From positions 1,054,001 to 1,118,000 of the forward strand of contig OZ234494.1 in NCBI GenBank assembly GCA_965153455.1: 64,000 nt of DNA, given 5' to 3'. The stretch is from Sphagnum compactum (lineage: Eukaryota). Below are positions 1 to 11,054 of the stretch, piece by piece; positions within the stretch are counted from its first letter, which is position 1, and every line of letters begins with the position of its first letter. The notes below the pieces were generated by a model. It saw only the letters and a list, made by a program, of their open reading frames with translations, made no database searches and was not told where the DNA came from. A program made the translations under genes and the position numbers.

Positions 1-4
1 TCAG

Positions 5-246
5 GGATTGAAATCTGCTGCAAATCTACTACAGGGAGCTTGAGATCAAGGTTCTTGTGAAGAAAAGACCAGTGCAGTGGAGGATTGAAATCTGCTGCAA
101 ATCTATTACAGGGCGTAAGAAGTTTTTTTTTTTTTCTGAGGCAGAAATCTCCTTGCAATGGAGGATTGAAATCTGCTGCAAATCTACTTACCACAGGGAG
201 CTTATGAAGGTCCTTGTGAAGAAGAAACCCTTGCAATGGAGGATAG
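5..246. repeat. Tandem repeat, ~77-81 bp unit, core GGATTGAAATCTGCTGCAAATCTA
   Basis: Core starts at 5, 82 and 163, with a partial copy at 241. Inter-core segments 1 and 3 are similar to each other. May extend left of the window. Confidence 0.85.
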
Positions 247-2435
247 AGACTTTATGGGTTAGTCTGCTGCAAAACCCTTTTTGTAGCTTAGAAATTACAT
301 GCATAGATGCTGCTGCTTCTTCTTCTTAGCAATGATATCTATGTTTACTATACTCATAGCCAAGCACTGCCAAGTAACATAGTTTTGCCATTTGAGAAAT
401 TGGATCAGATCCTTGGACACAGTTCAAAGTGTGATTACCAGTTTAAAATGTATAATGGTGTCAACTAACATGATTGACCTGTTGAGAGAGAACGTCTGTA
501 GCTGCTTGATGGTGTTGCTGTTTCCTGCATCTGCAATCTATATAAGCTTCAGCTCTTTGCATCATCAGCTCTTTTGCATAACAGCAAAATCACTCTAACA
601 ACAGAAATTTAGGACATTCAGGGTCACAGTTACAAGATTTCCTTGGCACCCAGTACTCACTGTCACCAACCAAGTGACATATAACTTACAATTGCTATTC
701 CCCTACAATTGTGACAGGCTATCTGCAGTCTCTCTCTTCCCACAGATTTCCTTATGGCAACCATTACCATCATCATCTACTGATTGACATACAAAACTTG
801 TTTCTGTGTCAACCGATCATGCGTCATCTACCGTCGAGTATGCCAAGAACTTTTTTTGAGTTCTTTTTTCCATGGGAACAAATCCACCATAGAAAATAGT
901 ATGGCAAACATAAGCAAAACCTCACCTTCAACCAAAAGAAACAAATGTACAACAACGATATCTATGAGATATAGATATCTACAATAAAAATACTCCACAA
1001 TAACACCTTGAAGATAACTGTTGAGTGAGATCCAGCAAAACCAAGGATTAAATGCAGTCATACACATTATGATTACTGCTCATAAAGTATCATACCATCA
1101 CCTTCATCATGAATAGCAGTATGAGTAGCTGCCGCCATTAGTTCTTCCCCCACTGACTTAGTCAGCTCTGGAAGAGTGGGTGTACATAAAGAGCATTATA
1201 ATCTGCACAAAATTTCCAGCAAATAGTGAAACAAAAATCTGTGTGCTGAGTTCCTGTTGCATTTCTAGAAGCAACATGTTGGCTACCACACAAGAGACAT
1301 GACAAATAATTATCAAAACAGTCAATTCTCATTTTAAACTGCATAGCACCAGCCTATATTGAAAACACTCAGCAAACAACTTTGCTCTGAACACATAAGA
1401 CTGTTCAACAGGAGTGACAAAGAAAGCATTAAACAGTGAAGAAAAACACAAAAGACCAAAAGAACCTTCAGTAGGCACTCTCTCTTACTCAACTCTCCCT
1501 CACTCACCATCAACAGGTAGTTTCAATATGTGGAACCAGAAGAACTACTGAGCAGTCCATATCAATAACACAATAATTCCAATCCTACAGGACTTGATCA
1601 CAATATAATTCACTCATAAATGATGTACAGAGGTTAGCTGTAGCATATGCCTGCCACAAGCAGGTTCCCACTACACACAACATAGAAAGATCATCACATC
1701 AAATCATTTGATTGAACCTTAGTAAGGACTACATACAACCAGTCAAACTCCAGAATCCTGGAAGTGAAGCAGAATGCAAAAAGATATAACTGGAAAAGAG
1801 TGCATCCACATATTTTTCCTTTCCAGTCATCCCTTACAACTAAGTAAATTGCAGTGATACAGTAAAGTCTGTAATTAAACAATTTTCTTTCTGGTGCAAA
1901 ATTGCACACTTGGATGGAATTTGTCCCTTAGCAGACACAAAGGAAAACAAACAATAAGAAGCCTTACTATCCTAACAGGCCAGCACATGCTGAAATTCCT
2001 GAATTTCATGGTGTTAAACAAAAAGACTGCCAGTCTTATTTTGTTTTCACATGACAATTGTCTCCATTCTGAGAAAACTGTCTCCCTTCTGAGAAGAGAG
2101 AGTGATTAGATGTCCACTCCAGAAAAATAGAAAGTGTTGAATACTGCAAACGATCCCCAAGACCCCTCAGGTTCACAGGTCCCTGATAACAGACCTTGCA
2201 GGACCGAAAAAAAGCAAGCTTCACCTTCATCACCCAGCATTGTTCAACAAGAGCAATGGCCCCTCTTGACAGAAAATGGTCTTTCCTCCTAGCTACCCTA
2301 CCAACTACGTTGGATCATAAAGAAGCTCCGACCTACATAAAGATGCATAACAGTATATATTACACGAGGGGCAAAAACGATAAGAGTAAGTAACAACCCC
2401 ACATTCAATACAATCTTCAGTATGGGAGCAGGACA

Positions 2436-5400
2436 TCATCGTAGTTTTGAACATGAGCTCTCAACTCCATAGCGCACCAGAAGTTGTACAAGTTTATCTC
2501 TTGACAAAGGCTGCACGCCACACAGTAAGATAATTAGTAGACCAACTTCTGATGCACAATGCAGAAAAATAACTGAGAACGTATATGAAAACTTTCTTTG
2601 GTGATTACATAAACACCATATTGAACAGCACACAGGTATATCAACCTTATTTCATTATGTAAATGATGGATCATTGTATCATACCTTAGTCTGGAAGTCA
2701 TCAACTCCAGCTTCAAAGAAGAGCTCTCGATCTGACTGCAAGGCATTGCCTGTGAGAGCAATAATAGGAGTCTTCACTCCCATCAACCGCAGCTGCCTTG
2801 TTGCCTTCAACATGAAAACAGCAACATATTGTCTTCACAAGAACACAGTAAACTGATGACACAAACCCAACCAAAGCAAAAACTTGGGATCCATCATTCA
2901 CATACATACGGAAGACATAATCTGCACATCAACGTAGCCTCAAGAGAGAATGCAATATCAAAGTGCAACCATTATTTGTAACAATAGATACCTCGTGACC
3001 ATCCATCACAGGCATCTCCTTATCCATTAGGATGAGATCATACGTTCTTCCTTGCTTGTAGTAATCTACTGCTATTTGTCCATTCTCGGCTTCATCACAC
3101 TGCAAATTGAGATTCTGTAGAACTTTCCGCAATATTATCTGCAGAAAGAGACAGCATAATAGTGTGAAATCAACCAACATAACACTGGACATTATTCATC
3201 TCAGAAGCATTATGACCACCAGCAAACAAAACAGAATTGCCTCACAATTGAATTGCAGTGAATTTGCACCTCTTGCAGCAGACCCACTCAAAAGAAAAGC
3301 ATGGGCAACAGCCAGTATGTGAGCCAACTCTCTACAATCACCAATCAGTAAACTGAAGACAGGGAGGAAGAACAAGGATAACAAGTTTGTACTCACTCTA
3401 TTGATGCGGGTATCTTCTACTAGTAACACTTTTCTCTGGAAGCTTCCACCATCTAACTTTGCAATGTCAGTAACCTTTTGAGTGATTCCGTTGTTCCCAG
3501 CTCTTGGTTCTTCTCTTCCAGTATTCAACATCCCATTTGCTGTTGTGTCATGAGTAACACCTGAGCTAGGCAAAGAATTTGAAAGCTCCACCTTTTCCAA
3601 TAGTGCCAGGTTTGAGTCAGAAAAGGACTGGGAAGGCTTGCGATTTATGCTTGGATCACAGTGCATGAGAGGGAAAGGTATGGAGAAGAAAAAAGTGCTG
3701 CCTTTGCCCTCTGCAGATTCAACACCAATAGTTCCACCAGCTCCCTCAACATATCGCTTGGCCATGCTGAGTCCTAATCCTGACACACCTGATTTTTGGA
3801 CCCACCCTGAGGTCACAAATGAATATGGCTCGAAGAGTTTCATTTGATCATCAGCAGAGATCCCTGAAAGAAAGTTGTGCAAAGGTTAGAAAGCAAATGA
3901 AGAGATACCAAGAGGACATAAAATAAGAGACAATCACCTTTCACTCTCCCAATTCCACTGATCATAGCCAACTACAAGCAAAGACAGTCACTTTCCACAC
4001 ATTCACTAAAGCTAACTAGTTAAATGGTCAGCTACAAGATAATCTAATTCAGATATGGAAGAGAGACTACAAAATATTTGCTGGCTTCTCATACTGATTC
4101 TAAGATTCTCAACATCTTCACAAAAGGGACAGTCTTTCACCCAGTTCCTCACTCAGACCCTACTTTAAACTCTATGCCCAGGCAGCAGCCTCTCAGTGGA
4201 TATAGAACAGGACTGAACTTACCAATCCCATCGTCTTTCACAGAAAACCGTATCCTTGCAACCTTGCCATCTGTAAATATCCTCTGTTGTGCAGTCTTTG
4301 CCAAGATGGAACTACCCGTGGCTCCCAAAAAGGAGTCCTCAGCAGGGTCAGCTGGTGCAGGATATGATGGGGGAAGAGAACTTTTACATAACGTATCCAG
4401 CTCCATACTTTCAGTAACTTCCTCACACTGCAGGTCCAAATCTAGCTTGCCTCCTGCTGGTGTGAACTTTATAGCATTGCTCAGAAAATTGCCTGCACAA
4501 TATTTAGAGAACTGTCAGATGAAGTTAGGTTATAAGTTGACATGGTGACAAAATGGTCATCCATTGACTCCAGCACTGCGGCAAGAGAAATCACCACACT
4601 CCATATATTGACAGGTGAACCAGATGGTGTTAGATAGACTGGTCACCTAATGTCTGCACAATGCGTTGCTTGTCTCCGACCACATGATGTGATGCAAGAA
4701 GCTTGCTTGTCATGTCATCAATATTCATGTTGAAAGCAATCTGCTTTTGCTCCAGTAAATCCTTCAAACCCCAGGACAAGAACCTCACAACCGTAAGGAT
4801 ATCAAACTCTTCCCTATGCAGCTCCATTTGCCCAGACTCCCATTGCCCTGCCACAGTTTTAAGCACAATACAGTTTAGGGTTATGGCTTCCCACGAAGAG
4901 AACTCCACAAAACAAAACATGGCTAGACAATACCAGCACACCCATCAGCAGTATTTACATCTCAATTACAGTCTGTGAACACCAAACTAGTGCAAACAAA
5001 AACACAATGATTTCAAGGAGAAAAGGGAAAGGAGGGTGTTTAAGTTGATACCCATGTCTGTAACATTATCAAGCACACTGGTCATGGTCTCAGCACAATC
5101 AAGCATCATCTGAACCAAGTCCATTTTGTCTGCAAGTCCCAGTGCACCAACTCCATCCCCAGTAGCCCGCATGTGGCCTAATCCCAAGACAATCGCATTG
5201 AAAGGAACTGCCAGGATCAAACAAAAAACATGAGAAACCATGAGATTTATCATTGTGATCTTCACAAAGCCCATTCCTTCCACAAATAAGGAACAAAAAC
5301 ACTAGCACTCACAAGCGAAAAAAGAAACAACAGATGTGTTACAAACACTGTATAAAAAAGTACATAGATGTCACCACCTCTGATGTTATGGAAAACGTAA

Positions 5401-6314
5401 GCCATGAACTGTTGTTTGGCCTGATGTGTCTGAAGCACCTGCTCATCAGCTTGCTCCACTCTGTTGCGACTTTCTTCTCCGACATCTGCACAATGGGAAC
5501 AAAAACTGGCTACCACGTTGTCCGAGCGCCTCCAAAGAACACCAGCATCAGACATCCACATTCCTGTCACAATGGCAAGTCCTGCACTTACCAGCCCTAG
5601 TAGAGGGGAAGAAGCCATTGCAAGGAGCTTGGCATGGGAGAAGCCACCACCAATTGAAGATCTTGTTCGTGTTGTAGTAGTAGCAGTATTCAACATTGGA
5701 ACCGATGATGTGAGAAAACAGATGCAAAGATAGACTGTCAACAGTGCAATGGCAATGGTGAGCACAGTGTGTGCCGCTTGAAAAAGCAGGACAGATTTGG
5801 AACGCCTCTCTGCCTCCATGTCAAAATCATTTTCTTGTGTAGTACTCATGGACACACTCTTGGAGGAGGAAGCTGTAGTCCCCATCTTATTATGGCCTTC
5901 AACATCCCAGTACTCTCCGATGCACATCTTGCGTGCTGCAGCATGCCCTTTTCCAACAGGCAGACTGGAAGTGCGCCTGTTGCACAACGAAGAGTAGGTC
6001 TTGTAAACAAATCTGTCAACCTGTCCAGTCCTTATGGAAGGCGCAACATCATCTTCGCCAAGCTTCTTCTTCTGCCAAGGTTCTGCAGCAGATCCAGCGG
6101 CCAATGCCTCAGAAGCAGCAGCAAAGGCATCATCATCCCGTATGCAATCTTTCTGCTCGCGGGCTAACAACCCTAACTGCTGCATCGACATCGCTCTCGC
6201 CTCGCTCACTGTGCGATTCAGACTCTTCGCGAAAGGACAGAAATCGTGTTCCAACACTGGACTGTTGTTGTGCCTCGTAAGCGTGTACAATCCCTCACCT
6301 TCCTTCCTTGACAT
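2436..6314 (-). CDS. Hybrid histidine kinase (2 predicted TM, HisKA, HATPase_c, receiver), atypical H-box
   Basis: GT-AG exons with consistent phases: 6314-5378, 5207-5052, 4847-4647, 4492-4223, 3863-3397, 3138-2992, 2804-2685, 2510-2436. Motifs: H-box FHNIRVPFNAI, N-box GNFLSNAIKFT, G1 VKDDGIGIS, G2 SGLGLSMAK, receiver VLLVED / DLILMDKEMPVMDG / PIIALTGNA / TKP. Confidence 0.93.
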
Positions 6315-7411
6315 TTTGGAGCTTTTTGCTGTTCCAGCACTAGCGACGCCGCGGCACTCTCCCCCCTGCTTCTGGTGCTGCTGCCGCTGCCGATGCTGGT
6401 ACTTCTCCTGCTGCTACTTCTTCATTGCCGCCTTCATCGCTTTCTCTTACTGTAACTTCCATGCACAGAACCCGCTCCTGACGGCGACACCTTAACGATG
6501 TTCCCGAACTGCTCCGTTCCACTCTCATCACATCCACAGTCGCATTTCCCCCATGAAACAAAAAACAGCGAGTCCTTCTTCCGGCATCAGACTCCAACCG
6601 ATTCCTGTCCACCACGGACTGAAGAAAACTCTCCTCCTCCTCTTCTTCTTGTTGCGGCGCTAACACCAAGAACAACGGCACCGGAAACGCTTTTCTCCAC
6701 TTCTTGTCTGATTTTCCTCTTCCAATGTGGAATCACCACCGCCAGCAGCAGCAGCAGCCTGAACATGGCTACAACTCCTTCTCCTCCTCCGTGCCATTTC
6801 TTCTTTCCTCTCGCTTCAATCTTCTATTTACCAATTCTCCATTTTCAGATAGGAAAAAAATCTTGAAAACAAAGTCCTGCAAGAATATTGCTGCAAACCT
6901 GCCGGACTTGAAGAAAACCCGCCAGAGCTTCGCGCCACCAAAAAAATCGCCCTCAAGAATAGCCAGGCCGCAAAACCTGAAGAAGCACCTGGGGAAGAAG
7001 GAAGGGCGGAGGCGTCGGGGACAAAAACAAGAAAGCCAGCCACCAGCAAAGACTCGTCACTATTACGGGTTTGCAAAAACCAGCACAACGGGCATCGATC
7101 TGCCCAGACAGACAGACAGACAGAGAAAGAATGCTCCCGCGCGCTTCTTCCCCAAACAAAACAAAACAAAAATCCAAAAAAAAAATAAATAAATAAATAA
7201 ATAAATCTGGAAAAAAAAGGTAAAAATCGCCTTTCTCTATTACTCAACTGACGACCACCACTTAGAGATGTCGTCTGCCATCGCTGCAATCAATGGAAGC
7301 AGCAGCGACGACGACGACGACGAGGAAGCTCTGCTTGCACGCACAATTGAGAGACCAAGAGCGGTGAGGTCTTGCGGAAGCATGGCGAGCTCAGTGTGAA
7401 CAGGACCCAGA

Positions 7412-7595
7412 TCGTAGCTAGTTAGGTACCTACTTGTGAATTTCGTACGTAGCTTGTGTTGCTGGCAGCTCTAGGCGTTAACCTAAGCAAGTAGTGTGAA
7501 TAGAACCTAGGTAGCTTATGGCTATGGAGACAGGTACCTACGTGGAAATTTCGTAGGTAGCTTGTGTTGCTGGCAGGCCTAGGTATTACCTAGTT
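7412..7595. repeat. Local duplication (~110 bp period) upstream of the histidine kinase
   Basis: AGGTACCTAC..AATTTCGTA.GTAGCTTGTGTTGCTGGCAG..CTAGG occurs twice (~7424 and ~7532). Confidence 0.75.
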
Positions 7596-7819
7596 GCTTC
7601 CCTCCATCGGTCACGACACGTGGTGGTCATCGTCCCAGCCTATTAAGTTCAAGTTTTTTTAGTATTAGTAAATTAGCAGCCCTAAAATAAGTTTGTATTT
7701 TTCTGTTTGTTGCTTTGGGAATTGGCCCACTTGTTGCTTTCGCTTTGGCCACCAAAGAAGGAACAAAATGCACAAGTAATAATAATGTGCTAGAACCCTA
7801 CCATTATACACATTCAACA

Positions 7820-8143
7820 TTTGTTTGTTGTTGGCCTTGCCTACCAAGGCAAAGGATATAGTGTTTAGATTCATTCTAGAGTCACATAGTAGCTTAAGGG
7901 GTTTTGGCCCCTAGGTAAGTAGGTCTACTTTTATATGAGGATTTTTGAAATATGATATTTTGGCTGGTGTTGAAACTTGAGACTAGTTATTATAGAGTTA
8001 TACAAATCTCTTGGAAGGTTTTGGTTTCTTTTAGAGGATTTTTTGAAGATTCTATTTTTGCATGGTGAAATATATTTGAGTTTCCATAATTCTTCTTCTT
8101 TTGCTTTCAGATACTTTTTAATGTAAATGGCAACGCCACAATG
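7820..8143 (-). repeat. Dispersed ~320 bp repeat, copy 1 (copy 2 at ~56842-57138, opposite orientation)
   Basis: Reverse complement aligns by eye with 56842-57138, e.g. TTGCCATTTACATTAAAAAGT, ATCTTCAAAAAATCCTCTAAAAGAAACCAAAA, TTGGTAGGCAAGGCCAA. Confidence 0.88.
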
Positions 8144-8168
8144 TGACACACCCCTTGTTTACTCAAGA

Positions 8169-9516
8169 CTAGTTTGAACCCCGTGCCTAATGCACAGGTG
8201 TGTGTGTGTATTTGACGGTACATATTACAAACCCTAAACCCTTTCCTCTACACCTCTCCCATATGAGGAACATCTCCATCCATAACTCAGGCTTTTTCCT
8301 TGCCCAATCTGACATGTTGTCAAACATAAATTTGATGCATGTACACACTTGCCTCTCAACAATCAAGTAGATGTGAAAAAATCCAAATGCAAGATGTGAC
8401 CATAGAAATGTACATATTGAATTTTGTGGCATTTGTGAAGGAGATTGCTGCTGCAGCAGCAGGATGGGGAGTCACATAATACCTTCAGCTGGACTGGATG
8501 GATGCCGAGACGGATGGATGGAAAAAGCTTGTTTGAACCCCGTGCCTAATGCACAGGTGTGTTATTTCAACAATGTTTGGTTCATGTTTTAGTTTTTTTT
8601 TAAAAACTTTTATTTATTTTTTAAAATTTTTTTATGTGTTTTTTGTTTTTATTATTATTTTGTATAATAAAAATAAAGTGTTTCTTTTTCACTTTTGTAT
8701 TGTTGTTTATTTGGATGCAAGTTTGAAGTTTGGAGAAAGAAGACACACCTCATTCTTTTTCAAGTAGGGTTTTTCTTCATTATTATAAGTTTTATTTTTT
8801 GTTATTTTCTACTCTTTATTTGATTTCTTCTTTTTTGTAATTTTTTTCTTTTAAAATGATTTTACTGTATTTCCCTTTCCTTGTTTCATTTGTTTCCATT
8901 CCTTTTTTATAGTTTTTGTGTTTTTACTTTTTTTTGTTTATGTTTGTTTCATGTTTTAATTTTTTCTATTCTTATTTTGTCTATCTTCATTTTTTTCTAT
9001 TTTTATGCGTTTATTTATTTATTTAGTTTCTATTTTCTTTTCCAAAAAAATTCTAGTTTTTTAATATGTTTTATAATAAAATAATTAAAAAAAACTTTTT
9101 TATTTTTGTTTGATTAGATGCAGGTTTGAAGTTTGGAAAAAGAAGACAAACCTCATTTTTTTTTCTTTCAAGTATGGGTTTTTTTCTCTTTCTTTTGCTC
9201 TCTGTTTTGTTTCTTATTTTTTGTCATCTATTTTTTAATTTTCTTTTAGGATTATTTTACTGTATTTCCCTTTTTTGTTTCATGTTTAAGTGTTTACAAA
9301 AAGTTTCTAATTGTCAAAGTGTTTTTTTGTTTTTATTTTTTTTCTAGTTTTTTCCCTTTTAAAAATATATATTTGTTCTGTTTGGATGGATGATGGGACG
9401 GATGACGAGATGGATGATGGACGGATGGATGGAAACTTCATTTCATCTTGATGTCTGGATGGAAAGCTTCATTTCATCCCGAAGCTTCACGACCACGACG
9501 TCCTTTACTATATAGA
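8169..9516 (-). mobile_element. Non-autonomous Helitron-like element (composite)
   Basis: On the minus strand the 5' end is TCTATATAGTAAAG at 9516. The 3' end has hairpin CCTGTGC-ATTAG-GCACGG about 10 nt before CTAG|T at 8169. A second hairpin copy lies at 8531-8561. The interior is T-rich with a ~410 bp internal duplication. The 5' flank is T rather than the canonical A. Confidence 0.7.
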
Positions 9517-9530
9517 ATGAGTGAGAAAAC

Positions 9531-9930
9531 AAATTCAGACCCACCAAATCCATTAATCCCATTGGTTGGGGAAAAAAATACCTACACATAACCTTATTTT
9601 GTTGAAAATTGAAAATAATGATCCCTTTTCAGCATTTTCATTGGTCCTCTCATATTCTCACAAACCTACCAAACCTTGTTACACATTTAATTGTTACTAT
9701 GGAAAAGAAATTCAGACCACCAAATCCATTAATCATGTTGGCCTGAAAGGAAAATTTTTAGGCCTACACATACCTCTATTTTGCTAAACATTGAAAATAA
9801 TTGGTCCTTTCCAGCATTTCCATTGGTCCTCTAAAGTTCTCACAAACTTACCCATTTAATTGTTAGTTCACTCAAGATAATTATATAAAAAAAATTCAAA
9901 CCACCAAATCCATTAATTTCATTGGCCATA
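9531..9930. repeat. Tandem repeat, ~180 bp unit x2.2
   Basis: AAATTCA.AC(C)CACCAAATCCATTAAT..TTGG at ~9531, ~9708, ~9892. Confidence 0.8.
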
Positions 9931-10079
9931 ACATTTTTTCTGCACACTAACTAACAGATGAGCCTATTTCACACCCTTTGTATATCAATACATTACTATT
10001 GTAACCCTTTGTCTATATACAGACAGGGTTTTTAAAAAAAAATTTAATCAAGGCTCAAAAAACAAGGAATGGGATGAGA

Positions 10080-10620
10080 ATAATATTACATGCATTTTTT
10101 TCAACCACATTCAACTCCTCTCATCCACGAATTGATATTGTGCTCACCAAAGAAAGCATTCGCACCCTAGTTGATGTTATCATTGTCGACCTAACATCAA
10201 CGAATTTTCTTCCCCAATGTTACGCAACTCAAAGATTTGTTCCCTCCGACGTGGCTCAACTCAAGGAAAAGAACTATCGCAACCAACACCCCACTGATCA
10301 ATTCTTCCTTTTAGCAATTGAAGTATTGGTTGTTTACACAAATAGGCCAATGTGTTAATACACAATTGTGCCAATGCCATTTGGAACTTCAAAGGCTCTC
10401 ATCTTTATGTCTTGATCACTTTTCTTTGTCAAAACATTTCAATTACATTGCAAAAGATGTAAGCGTCCTCCATCTTAAGTTGGGTGGTAGCTGTAGGTTT
10501 AACTATTTCCCGACTTTCACCCCTTCAGGACACACCTCCCATCACCATAATCGACCTATGCATGTTATTGGTTTTTGACATGGAAAAATGTGGTCGACCT
10601 ATTATAGGCAATTGGACATG
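10080..10620 (+). mobile_element. Decayed non-LTR retrotransposon 3' fragment (restriction-like endonuclease, CRE-clade-like)
   Basis: RIDIVLTKESIRTLVDVII...AQLKEKNY...FFLLAIEV matches the RxD..DV..K...Y..F.PlA.E pattern of RLE-type LINE endonucleases; frameshifted. Confidence 0.6.
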
Positions 10621-11054
10621 GAGAGATTTTGACATCTACTTTAAGCTAATTTAACAATCTGAAACTTCCTTTTTTTTCCTTTTTCTTACTCCTTTGTACA
10701 TTTTCCAAATCTACAATGCTCATGTAAAGACCTACCAAAACTTGTGTAAAGCCAAAAGATATGTTAAAAAAAATTAAAGATACCTCAAGAAGAAGACCTA
10801 ATGATGATAAACCTTGTCAAAATAAATAAAAGAAAAATAAATACCTATCTGAATAGGGAATGGGAGGTAAAAAAGAGAGGACTAATGTGCAAAGAACCAA
10901 CAACACAAAAGCAAAAAAACACACAAAATAGGTCACAAAAGAGCAAACTAGGTCCTAAACAAGCAATTAGGTAGGTCAATCTTAAATTGGGGGTAAGAGT
11001 GGGAGGGGGGGCTAGGCGAAAGGTGGTGGTGTGGTTTTGTGCGGGACGACGACG

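Noticed and set aside
5-246. CRISPR array (ATTGAAA-containing direct repeats with spacers)
   Set aside because: Spacers 1 and 3 are homologous, spacers are over 50 bp, there are no cas genes and the context is a eukaryotic spliced genome.
5334-6495. Plus-strand ORFs overlapping the HK first exon, and similar antisense ORFs over other genes
   Set aside because: Shadow ORFs of coding exons with no recognisable domains.
8549-9347. Phe-rich membrane-protein-like ORFs
   Set aside because: T-rich low-complexity interior of the Helitron-like element.
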